Part shown: positions 51,570 to 63,229 of the stretch, piece after piece
Numbering within the stretch: the first letter of the stretch is position 1
Layout of the letters: every line of letters starts with the position of its first letter
Translations under genes and position numbers: made by a program
Assembly (NCBI RefSeq): GCF_963921235.1
Contig: NC_086101.1
Coordinates: 164,920,001 to 164,984,000 of the forward strand
DNA: 64,000 nucleotides
Direction: 5' to 3'
Source: Mobula hypostoma
Taxonomy: Eukaryota
The notes under the pieces: generated by a model
Databases searched by the model: none
The model's input: only the letters and a program-made list of their open reading frames with translations
What the model was told of the DNA's origin: nothing

Positions 51570-52505
51570 CGGCTACCTCTACCACCCAAGGCTAAGGCCT
51601 TCAGGTACGTGGGAACACCATCATGAGTGGATTCCCCTGCAAGTCACAAACTGTCCCAAGTCAGAAATACATCACTGGTGTTTCATATTTTATCATCACT
51701 GGGTCCAATCCTTGGAACCCGAAACCAACAGCACTATGGGAGTACTTTCACCAGAAGTTGAAGATAGCAGCTCACCAATACTGGGAGGGGCTCAGAATGT
51801 TGGCATAAAAGCAATGGCTACATTCCGAAAAATATTATTTTTAGAAACTATTATTTTATAGTGGAGAGCCTTTCATTTGTTTTTTGACACCAAACCTCAG
51901 AAACAATGTATGGGCTTGTGCCCATTCACAAGTATAATACGAGAGCTTTAAGTGTTAAGTTATGAGGGTATTGCACAAAAATGCTGGCATTCTCTTTCGT
52001 TTGCAAGGTCAAGGGGTGGTCTTAAGACATTTTAAATAGTGAAGCATTTATTAAAGTTCTTTGTAGTTCTCTATTTTCCATGGCAAAGGGATCCTGAACA
52101 TGACAGCATAGCATTAAGCACAGACTATTCATAACCAAATCTCTGTTTTCACATGAAGGCAATTAAAATCTGGCACACACATACTTCTAAAATACCACTG
52201 TTACTGAGTTAACTAGAGCTTTCAAAGGCCACATCAATGCAGATCTGGTGATGTGGAACAAAGGCAAGAAAATGCTATTGAGAGACACACTAGACAAGAT
52301 CTCTTGAAAGGGCAGAATAGGCCAAGGGGGCTGAAAAGTCCATTTCAGCACACACAGTGGAGAGGTTAATTCAATCACATTCAACGTCAAGGTGCAACTT
52401 CTAACCAACATTACACAGGTCTGTGAGAGCTAAGTCAGTCCAGAAGGAAAGCCACTCCAATGTTCATAGAGCAGTGCTCCCTCGGCTGTACGAATCTGCC
52501 TGGCT

Positions 52506-52559
52506 GCAGCCTGCCTGTGAATGATAGTCCTCGCAGCCTGCCTGTGAATGATAGTCCTC
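52506..52559 (+). repeat. Perfect 27-bp tandem duplication
   Basis: gcagcctgcctgtgaatgatagtcctc x2. Confidence 0.95.
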
Positions 52560-55158
52560 TCTCACTGCACCAAATCAAAGTTTGTTAACTGTTCAGTCCA
52601 GCAGCCACATTCTCGCAACATGCCTTATGCTCAATAAATGCACATACATTTCACGGAGTACTGACTTGCAGGAAAATAAAATTCTAAACAAGACTGCATC
52701 GCTTGCCAGTGTGGTTTTATCAGCATGAAACAGCTATTTATTTTCCATTCTCATGTAATCCAGTTTTGGGATACATATGGCTCACACTTACATAATTGAC
52801 AGCACAACTAGAGCTTGACCATTCGGAATGCCAAGTGGTAAATATTCAGGATTAGACAATACAGCTTCACTACATCATTGAGTCAGAGCTCGAGGGCAAA
52901 GGAGCAATTTACCGAGACTCAGTCAGCTGGAGACGGTGCATGAGCTGTTGCGCTCAAATCCGAAGCAGGACGAGTTTATGATGCCGTCTGGTTTCATTAC
53001 ACATCATCAGATAACTCAGCTCAGAGATGGTTCACCAAAGGAGCATGAATATTCAAGACGAAACCACTAACCCTATGCCACATGCATTACATTAAAGCAC
53101 CACTCCAGTTCACAGTTTATTGATGTAAATTTGAAACAACTTCAAATACCAACAAGGACAGAAGCTCTTTAATCAATTATGTACTGTGCAGTGTAAAAAA
53201 AAGCTGTCTAGGAGTAGCAATGGACCATTATTCACTCCGGTTCATTGGTTGGTGGGGGAGGGGTGCAGATGAATCAGAATTGGCAATTTTGAATTCACAC
53301 TGCAAGTTCAGTATATTGATTTACTGAGTTTAGCAGTTTCCCTAGCAATGAGGAAGGGATCAAGGAGTAGATCCAAAACATCTGTACTTTTCCCAGCATA
53401 GTGAGAGTGTGTGAAACCTGCTTAAAGATGGGCAATCTTCCCCCAGGTTCCTGTGATCCCTTTAACCCCATGCAGTAACAGGTTGTCTGTAGGTGCCAAA
53501 GACATGAACACATCTTTATTTCTGTAACTCAAGTTAGGAGAACAGCTTGTGAAAATCAGGACAGGACAGGAGGGAACAGACAAACCAAGCAAATACCGAT
53601 AAAAAAAGGATAAATAAATAAATAACTAACGTGGAGGACTTTAGCTGTAGAGTCCTTGAAAACAGTTCTATAGGTTGTGCAATCAGTTCAGTGTTAAAGT
53701 GAGTCAAGTTATCCACACTAGTTCAGGAGCCTGATGGTTGAAGTGTAATAACTGTTCCTGAATCTGGAGGTCTGGGATCTAAGGCTCCTCTACCTCTTTC
53801 TCAAAGGCAGCAGCAAGATGAGAGCATGGGTGGATGGTGAAGGTCCTTGGTGACGGATGCTGCATTCTTGTGGCATGTGCTCCTTGTAAGTGTGCTCAAA
53901 GGTGCTAAGTGCTACCGAACAGTCCTGAACTGGGAAAGGACCACTCATGTGGCCTGGAATCCCACAAATGCCTCACAAGCATTATACGTTAGCAACATGA
54001 AGCACCTCGGACCAAAACGTCAACTGTGTACGTTTTGCTTTGTAACTCCAAAACTAATGGGAAGAAAAACATGAGAGCAGCGGTGAAGTCCCAGCACCTC
54101 CTCCATGGTGGTTGTAGGAGCTGATGCTGGTACTGCAGGAAGAGCCTTTCTTTTGTAACAATTTACTCTGCCCTCCTCAGCTGATCGATGCATCATCTCC
54201 AGCTGACATCATATGCAATCTCCACCGTGTAGGACAGTGGTCCAGTTGTGTCCTTAATCTTTCCAATTACCAACTTCTGATCACCTCTGTAGTTCCTTAC
54301 CAGGACTGCTTGTCCAGAAGTAAAACATCAAACCTCCTTGCTTGAGGAGCCGTCAGTTTGCTCAGCTGTTTGACTGGCATAGTCCTTCTGAGATTGTGTT
54401 TGAGGAGGTCCAAGCATGAACACAAAGGATGACCCAGGAACAACATAGCTGAGGAGTTACTGGTTGTGGAATGTGCTGCATTGTGAGATGCAGAGAGGAA
54501 ATTGGCGAGTTTCTGATTCAGTGTCACTGTAGTGTGTTCTTTAGACTCTAGACAAATCTTTCTCCCAAGCCATTTGCAGCTGGATGGTACGGTGCAGATG
54601 TAAAATGCCTTATTCCATTCATTTTCAGGAATGACCGAAACTGTTTCAAAACAAACTGTGGTCCATTGTCACTAACTAAGTGTTCTGGAACACCAGTACT
54701 TGAGAAGAGGCTGCTCAACACATCAACAGAGTGTGAGGCTGTAGTGCAGGCAATTAGGAACACTTCTGCATCTACTACCAAGAAATTTGTGACCATGAAT
54801 CGTCCGGAAGAATCCACATGAATCTTCTGCCAGGGCAATGCAGGGTGTTCCCAGTGATGGAGAGGCATTGCTCTTGGCTTCTCCTGGATGTGTTGGCATC
54901 CCAAATGGTGCAAGGCAAGCTGCTCAGTCTGCTGACCACACCTATATGACTGGCATGTAGCTCCTCTAACACTTCAGCTCGCTGCTTAGATAGTACAACA
55001 ACTCTCAATCCCTTCATAAGGCAGCCCCCCTCAAGGGCAAGTTATCCTTGGTGCTGGTAGAAATGGGGCAACTGGAACTTCTGCTGCACTTTCCAACCAT
55101 TTTTGGTGGCCATGTAGACCTGAGACAGTGTGGAGTCTTTTCCGGTTTCCCTTTGGAC

Positions 55159-55381
55159 CATCCAGAGAGTGCTGAGTGCGTGGAATGGGCTGCCGGCAGT
55201 GGTGGTGGAGGTGGAAATGATAGGGTCTTTTAAAAGACTCCTGGATGGCAAGATGGAGCCTGGAAAAATAAAGGGCTATGGGTAAGCCTAGGTAGTTCTA
55301 AGGTAAGGACACATTCAGCACAGCTTTGTGGGCCGAAGGGCCTGGATTGTGCTGTAGGCTTTCTATGTTTCTATGTTTCTA
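55159..55381 (+). mobile_element. Short CR1 3' end nested in Gypsy
   Basis: gagtgctgagtgcgtggaatgggctgcc...gggccgaagggcctg...ttctatgtttctatgtttct tail. Confidence 0.8.
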
Positions 55382-55520
55382 TCCTTGCCGTAATAGGGAG
55401 ACTTTCAATTTGCATTAGAGAGAATATGTCAAGAGAAGTGTCTTTTTTGTAAAATTTTTTAAGGTATTTCCTTTTCCAAGGGTAAGTGGAACAGCCCATC
55501 AGCATTTCCAAGATTAGTCA

Positions 55521-56316
55521 CGAACACAATAAAGTCTGCAGATGCTGGAAATCCAAAGCAAGGCACACAAAATGCTGAAGGAACTTAGCAGGTCAGGCAG
55601 CATCTATGGAAAACAGTAATGAGTTGATGTTTCAGGATGAGACCCTTCTTCAGAACTGGAAAGGGAGGAGGAAAATGCCTGAATAAAAAGGTGGGAAGGA
55701 GGGGAAAGAGGCTAGATGAAAGATGAAAGGTGATAGGTGAAGCCAGGTGGGCAGGGAAGGTCAGGGACAGCACGAAGAAAGAATCTGAGAAGGAACAATA
55801 GGAGAAAGGAAGGAGGAGGGGACTCAGGGAGAAGTAATAAGCAGATGAAAAGAAGTAAAAGATCAGAGTGGGGAATAGAGGAAGGGCAGGGGATAAATTG
55901 GTAACAGGAAGGAGAAATTGATATTCATGCCATCAGGTGGGAGGATACCCAGATGGAATACAAGGTGTTGCTCCTCCACCCGGAGGGTTGCCTCATCTTG
56001 GAACAAGAGAAGGCCATGGATAGACATGTCAGAATAGGAATGAGAATCGGAATTAAAATGTTTGGCACCGGGAAGTCACACTTGTGGCAGATGATGCAGT
56101 GGTGCTCGACGAAGCAGTCCCCCAATTTGCGATGGGTCTCACCAACGTAGAGGAGACCGCATTGGGAGCACTGGGCACAATAGATGATCCCAGCAGATTT
56201 GCAGGGGAAGTGTTGCCTCACCTGGAAGGACTGTTTGGAGCCCTGAATGGAGGTGAAAGAGGTGGTGTACGGGCAGGCATACAACTTAGGCTGCTTGCAG
56301 GGATAAGTGACCGCGT
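55521..56316 (-). mobile_element. PLE 3' part nested in Gypsy pol, with 9-bp TSD
   Basis: ORF 55925-56332 reads IIYCAQCSQCGLLYVGET. gattagtca occurs at 55512-55520 and 56317-56325. Hammerhead at 55622-55657. Confidence 0.88.
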
Positions 56317-58539
56317 GATTAGTCATCCTCATGAATTCAATCTTGCTAATTGTGTCCTCCAGGGAACAGAGCCCATCTCTGCATTCGAGCTGCTGCTGTT
56401 AGTGGAACACCCTTCTGTGGAATGAAAATGGACGATAGTGGTTGATGATCAGCAATGAGGGTAAACTCACTTCCATACAAGTACTGGCTGAAACGTTTTA
56501 TACCCCAAACCAGACTCAATGTCTCTCTATCAATCTGCGTGTAAGTTTTCTCTGCAGCAGTAAGGGAACATGATGAAAAGCTATGGGGCATTTACTTCCA
56601 TCACCCATAACATGTGACATGACTGCACCTATACCATAAGATGAGTCGTCACAGACAAGATTCACTGGATGACGTGGATCATAATGTGTGAGTAGTGTCT
56701 GATGGCACTATTTTCTTTGCATTTTGGAAAGTCACCTCACACTGCTTTGTCCATTGCCATTTCTTTCCGATGTATAGTAATGAGTTCAAGGGCTAGAAGA
56801 GTAGCCAGATTTGGCACGAACCTGGTATAGTAATTGACAAATCGTAAAAAGGACCACAACTATGACACATACTTTAGCCTTGGGACATCTTCCTCTCAGC
56901 TCACTTGTGTAATCCTTGTGCTTTGATGGTCTGACTACAGTAAGTGAAGCTTGATTTAAAGAATTCACACTTGTTACGTCATGCTCAGAGCCCATAATCT
57001 TCTAATATTTTTAATGCTGTCTCGAGATTTTGGAGATGTTCCTTGTCATCGGCACCACTATCAATGATGTCATCCATGTTACACTGAGGGCCAGAACAGC
57101 CCTGGAGCACTTGGTCTATAGCGTTCTGCCAGAGTGTAGGTGCAGAAGCTACTCCAAATATAAACTTATTAAAGCGATAAACCCCTTTGTAACTGTTTAT
57201 GGTGAGAAACACTTTGGACTCTTCTTCCATCTCCATCTGTAGGTAGGCCTCACCTTAGTACACTTTACTGAAGTGTTTCGCTCCAGAAAGTTTTGTAAAG
57301 ATATCCTCTAACTTTGGCAGAGGGTATTGATCTACTTTCAGTACTGAGTTGATGGTTACCTTAAAATCACCACAGATCCTGACCGACCCATTCTTCATTG
57401 CCCATGGGCTCCACTCAACCTTGGAAAGAATTTCTTCAGCCTCCATGCAATCTAGCTCACTGGCTACTTCATCATGGATGGTATATGGAACCAGGCGGCT
57501 AAAGTAAAACTTGGGGTGGCATTTTTATTTAACATAATTTTACCCTTGATATGTTTGAGTTTTCCAATGCCATCCTTGAATATTGCTATGGCATCATCCA
57601 GTACCTTTCTTAATTTACTTTCAGTCAACTTTATTGCAGGAAATGTGGCATGCAAATGGTGGATGGATCTCCAATAATGTTGTAGTTGTCTCAGCCAATC
57701 ACAGCTCCACAATGCTGCCCCTCCTGTTTTTAGCACATGCAAACCCAATGTGGCTTGCTAGTTATCCCATTTCACTATTATGAATGTTATTCCCACAGGA
57801 GTTATTTTTTTCTCCAGCACAAGTTCTTAGTTGGATATCTGCAGGCTTCAGTTCAATATCTTTGAAATGCCATTCAAACGCATTTTGTGGAATGACTGAA
57901 GCAGACAAGCCAGTGTCCAATTTCTTTTTAATAAATATGATATTCTTTGTCCATATTGTTTGTCTACTGTTAGTTTTCACATTGTAAATCACAAAGCTAT
58001 CCAGTCCTGAGTCACTTTCATCATTATTAGATTTCTGATCAACAGTATGCAGATTAGGGCTCTTTTTTGCAAGTTAATGTAACTTGACTTTTTATCTTTT
58101 TCTCTTCCCTGTGCAGTCTATCTATCAGGGTCTCAGTTGTGTTCCTTGATCCCACTGCACTTTGAACTTTCAAAATTTTCATGGCATTTCCCTGTCATCT
58201 GTTCACTCAAATATTAAGATCAACATTCAAGGAATCTACTTTCTGAAGCTTCACGAAGTCTCTTTAATTACTGCTCAAACAATGGACTCTGCTGGAGTCT
58301 CATAATTAACCAATAAGGAATGGTTTTGTGAAAAGCTCTATTAGCCAATCAGAGACTCTTTTTTTTAAGCTTCCCATTGCTGCCCTGCCTCTTGCTTCTC
58401 ACGACCATCTGTAGAAGAATCTGCGGTTTCCAACTTGGTTTCAATAGTCACTTCAAAAACCCAGAAAACTAGAGTGAAAGTAATTCCAAGGAAGAATTTC
58501 CATGAGAAAGGCCAAGAACCTCTTGATGACCTTCATCTC

Positions 58540-58850
58540 ACTACTGACAAGACACTTCAGGCAGATGAGGCTTGTCAGCCATAGCTGGCAGCTCATCTAG
58601 GAGGAGGAAAACCCTGATCTCAAACCTCTGCTGCCTTGCAACTATACCTGCTCATGGGGCAGGCTTTGGGAGTAAATCACAAGGAACAGTCAGAAGCTGG
58701 AGTCCCTAAGGCAGATCAGTGCCTACTGGCAACTCCTACAATGTCTGTCGTTCCTTGGGATTCACCAGCTGCATGGAGACAACAGCTTCTCTCCATACTG
58801 CACTGCTCTGCCTTGCGTATCATGTAGGCACAATACCCATGGTTGACCAC
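58540..58850 (+). mobile_element. RTE-derived non-autonomous element (tentative)
   Basis: ggcagctcatctaggaggaggaaaaccctgatctcaaacc resembles the conserved RTE 5'-UTR motif. Confidence 0.45.
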
Positions 58851-60617
58851 GAGCAATGGAGAGTCTCAAAAACACATATTATATAAAGATTTGTGAATAG
58901 AACGCATGAACATTTAAGCTGGCTCTACCCATACAAAAAGATAGAGATCTTATGATAATATCTTCATAACAGGATTCAATACCTCTGTGACTTAATTAGG
59001 AATTGAGACTTCGTGGAAAGCAATGGGATTATATCATTACTAAAACGCTTCAAATTATGTTAATTATAGCACCTGGAACCTTCCCAACTTGTACTCTGAG
59101 TCATGTGATATAAAGTAATACTCCTGCAGTTAATCTTCCATTGGTTTAAAAACAAAGTACAAAGAATGAAGCCATAAATCGTTTCAATGGCCAAGTGTTT
59201 TTCTGCAAGAGTATGACAAAGGAAAATTCTCTTCTCGTGAGCTTAGAAATGTAGCACAGTAGATTGTCAGTGAGAGCCAATGTAAAAAAAATCATTCTTG
59301 GCACTCGAAAGCTAGTGGAAACATATTTGAATGGTCAGCACTTGAAAAGTACAGGATATGTTATTAAACATGGCAAGAGGAAATGGGTTCTAAAAGTTTC
59401 CATAATATCCGGCAGCACCTACAGCATTTACTTCCTGATCACTGAACCTATTCTGTACGTAACAGTTAGGTTTTCTTTATCACAGCAATCTAATTGGAAA
59501 AGATGACCAGCTGACAGAAAGGAAGGTCAGCTTCTCAAATCCTGTAGTACAAGCAAGTTTTATTTCCAGTGACACCAGTCTAGAATATTTCCCAGAGACA
59601 ACTGCTCTCCAGGCTCTCTACTATTAAATACCATACCTGGCCAAAGGTTCTGCCTCCCATCAGCTCTTCCACAGCAATTAAATAGACTGACTGATCTCAT
59701 TGTCATATGGCTCTGTGTGGCGGGAGTTACGAAGGCAATACAGAATGGTAGTCAGTGCCAATGAGTGTGTTATCATAGAGGAACCACCTCCAACAAGAGG
59801 TGACGGAAGAGCCTAGAGGATATCAGCTGTCTGTCAATACAAGAAGCAGGTGGCGTCAGTGCCCAGGAATTGGCACACTGGCTAGGGAGCAGCTGTTAGC
59901 CTCACAGCTCACTGCCTGGTGGCGACGTTCCTCACCACTCAGCCGACACCAGCCGCTTCACAATGTTTAGTCTGAGTTTTCAGACAAGATGAGTGGAGGA
60001 GAAGAGTTGGAGACAACAATATTAAAGAAAAAATATTGCAGCTGTGAGACGGGATGAGATTTTAGTGGAACAAAATGTTACTGGTTGAATTAATAATGTG
60101 AAGTTATCCTCTTCAATAGAAAACAGAGAAGCAGATTATTTTTGAAGCTGTGAGAGATAGACAGTGCTGCATTCAGTAGGACCACGTTGCTGTTGTACTC
60201 GACTCACCAAAAGCTAACGTGCAGGTGTAGCAAGCATTGAAGACAGACAGTAAGTTTGCCTTTATTACAAGGATATTTGCATAAATGAGTGGAGATATCT
60301 TGCTCCTGTTATTAATGGCTCCAACGGTGGCATCACGTCTAGAATACTGTGTACAGATTTGGTGTCTCCACCTTAGGATGAATAAACTTGCAAAAGAGGG
60401 AATTCGGTAATGGTTCAGCAGGTTGATTGCTGGGATGGAAGATGTGCTCCCAGACTAAGCAGACTGGGCCTCCACCATCTGGAGTTTAGGTGAATGAGGG
60501 ATGATCTCATTGAAACACAAATATTTTAAAAGTGTAACAGGCTAGATACAGGGATAATGCTTCCCTGACTGATTTGTTTTATATTGCAGTATTAAAGGGT
60601 CAACTACTCAAATCTGA

Positions 60618-60911
60618 CCACAAAATAATCTTCAGATGCTGGGGTCAAAGCAACACGCGCAACACGCTGGAGGAACTCAGCAGGTCGGGCAGCATCCGTG
60701 GAAACGAACAGTCAACGTTTCAGGCCGAGACCCTTCATCAGGACTGAAGAGGGAAGGGGCAGAGGCCCCATAAAGAAGGCGGGGAGAGGGTGGGAAGGAG
60801 AAGGCTGGTAGGTTCCAGGTGAAAAACCAGTAAGGGGAAAGATAAAGGGTTGGGGGAGGGGGTAGGCAGGAAAGGTGAAGAAGGTATAGGAGAAAGCACA
60901 ATGGGTAGTAT
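60618..60911 (-). mobile_element. PLE terminus, same subfamily as 20830, with ~10-bp TSD
   Basis: Matches 20830-21130. tcaaatctga occurs at 60608-60617 and 60912-60921. Confidence 0.88.
60709..60746 (-). ncRNA. Minimal hammerhead ribozyme, intact (GUU triplet)
   Basis: Minus strand reads CAGTC-CTGATGA-AGG gtctcgg CCT-GAAA-CGTT-GACTG. Confidence 0.82.
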
Positions 60912-61059
60912 TCAAATCTGAGATGAGAACTTTCAGAATTACTGAATGTTTGGAATTTGGTCACTGATTAGATTCAAAAAGAGATCACTAGGGTTTTCCA
61001 CATGAAGGAAATAAAGGAAAATCGAGACTGGAGGGAAATGTCATCAAGGAAGATCAGCC

Positions 61060-61320
61060 ACTCTCCTCTCCTATCAGATTTCTTTTTCTTCAGCCCTTTA
61101 CCCATTCAATCTACCGCCTTCCAGCTTCTCACTTCATCCCCTCCTCCATCCACCTACCTTCCCCCTCTCCTGGTCCCACCTATCATCTTCCAGTCTCCTG
61201 CTGCCCCCTTACCTTTCACTCCTGATGAAGGGTCTCAGCCCAAATATCGACTATTTATCCCTCTCCATTGATGCTGCCTGACCTGCTGAGTCCCTCCAGC
61301 ATTTTGCATGTGTTGCTCTG
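61060..61320 (+). mobile_element. Older PLE terminus with decayed hammerhead
   Basis: cctgatgaagggtctcagcccaaatatcgact...gatgctgcctgacctgctgag. Confidence 0.75.
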
Positions 61321-62439
61321 CAAAAGATCAGCCAGGACCTCACAGAATGGTGATTCAGTCACAAGGCCTATTCTGCAGCTGGTTTTTATGCTTGCACACC
61401 AGCTTTGTCCTCATGACCTGGGTTAAGCAAACTTCTTTCTTTGAGGCAAAAAAAATGGGAATTGCTTGAAATACCCAGCGAGTTATGCAGTGCCCACGGA
61501 GAGGGAAAAAAAAAGAGTTGATATTTCATGTCAATGAGCAATCATCATGCTTTTTGATTTTCAAACCTGGACCTCTGCCAGGACAGGCTAGTGAAGACAG
61601 ATCAGATCAGCATAATTCTTTAAATCGTCCTCTGAGACTTCCTCGGCAGAGCCACATTGCCGAGTCAAATCTTATAGAAATGAGCAGAATTCTGTTTACT
61701 TTGGGACTCATGTTTGTCAAACTAAAGTGTAAACTGCCAGTAAATCTCGTAGAATTAACCCTACTCAGCCCAAATGCTTTATGTTGATGTTTAGATTCCT
61801 CCAAAGCCTCATCCCTCCTTACTTTATTTTACCCTTCTATAGCATTCCTGCTGATTTCCTCTTAAATACATTCAAATAACCACCTTCATTACTCCACTTG
61901 GCAGCAAATTACAACCTAACACCCTCACTGGGTAAATGCGTTTACCCTCTGGATTCTATTGCATGTTTTCACAAGTAAAATGGTGGAGGCATTTTATGTT
62001 TAAGAAAAAACTATAGCAACACATTTATTAAAGAGCGAATACTAAATACAAAGTGCTGTAAAAATCCTTTACCTTCGCATCAGACCAGCCTCTTAAAGTG
62101 AACCCCAACCCAATGTCAGTGGTTGTGAATTCTGTATGTTTCCACCAATTACATTACCCAACACTATAATCACCTATCTGAATGGAAACTTATTTGCTAC
62201 TTATGATTTTATTATTCTGCTTTGCAAATATTGAAATTATACCTCTAACTCTTGGTGCCTAGATTGCACAATATTTCATTGTAGGCACAACTCTCAGTCC
62301 TGGTAAGTCTATTTTCCCCCAATTTCACCAATGTCTCTGCACAAAATTGAGACTCTGTTTAATAGTAATTGTCCCAGCAGAGGTCCTTTGAACACCCCAC
62401 TTCCCATCTTCCCCAGTGTATGCAATGACTTTTGACCCA

Positions 62440-62690
62440 AAGCAGAAAATGCTGGAAACATTCAGTAGTTCTGTCAGCATCTGTGGAAAGAGAAACAGTT
62501 AATGTTTCAGATCGGGATCATCAGAATTGGTTCTATCCATCTATTCACCAGCTTCTCTCTACTGAAAACCAATTCAATTTTCTCTTTCCCAGTTGTGATC
62601 AAGGGTCTCAGACCTGAAACATTCACTGTTTGCTTTTTCAAAAATGCTGCCCAACTTGCTGAATGTTTCCAGCATTTTCTGTATTTACTT
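62440..62690. mobile_element. Old palindromic PLE-terminus element
   Basis: cagaaaatgctggaaacattcag is inverted against ctgaatgtttccagcattttctg. Decayed aagggtctcagacctgaaac. Confidence 0.7.
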
Positions 62691-63121
62691 TTGACCCCGA
62701 GAGCCCATTTTGTTGGCAGCTAGCGATTCATTCCATGACTTGGTCTCTAATCCACTCGCTAATGACTTTAGCTACATGTGCCTTAGAGACCTTTGAAAGA
62801 TCTAATTACACACCACATCCACTTCACCACCTTATCTGTAATTTCTGTTGCAAATAATACAGAAAGGTAAGTGTAGGATTCCTTCTTTCCCATTGATAAT
62901 GACATATAAAGAACTATATCCAAATTATATCAAGTTAATTTAACATTTTATGAGTAAGCCATAAGAGTTCAGTCAGAGTTATCCTACAGAACCTGGAACC
63001 TAGCCAGGTATTTTTGCCCTGTCTAAAATTAAGGGAGTAGATTTCAAATACCTTGTAGTTAATAAGTTTCATTTGAAATAATTTTGATTTAAGCATTTAA
63101 ATGATAAGCATACAGCCATAC

Positions 63122-63229
63122 CTCAGGAGGTTCACACAGTACAGACCACTGCAGTACACTGTTCCTCAGGGCAACCAGTTGCCATTAGAGTCTATAGGTC
63201 CACCGGGCTCAACTGATACGATGCTCAAT
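63122..63229 (-). other. Candidate LHFPL2 5'-UTR exon (108 nt)
   Basis: Acceptor tttgtctctgtttatgcttcaaacag| and donor GAG|GTATGG around a GC-richer block in AT-rich, repeat-free DNA. Confidence 0.4.

Larger units (their letters stand above)
54090..58110 (-). mobile_element. Ty3/Gypsy LTR retrotransposon internal region, decayed
   Basis: Order is protease (LDTGLSAS), RT (RICGDFKVTIN, YPLPKLEDIF, FGVASAP, MDDII), RNase H (YTQIDRETLSLVWGIKRF, ADHQPL), then integrase (VSDNGPQF, SAPYHPAANGLGERFV). Confidence 0.92.

Noticed and set aside
61990-62166. Possible second solo LTR on the minus strand
   Set aside because: LTR-like appearance, but I could not define both ends or a TSD
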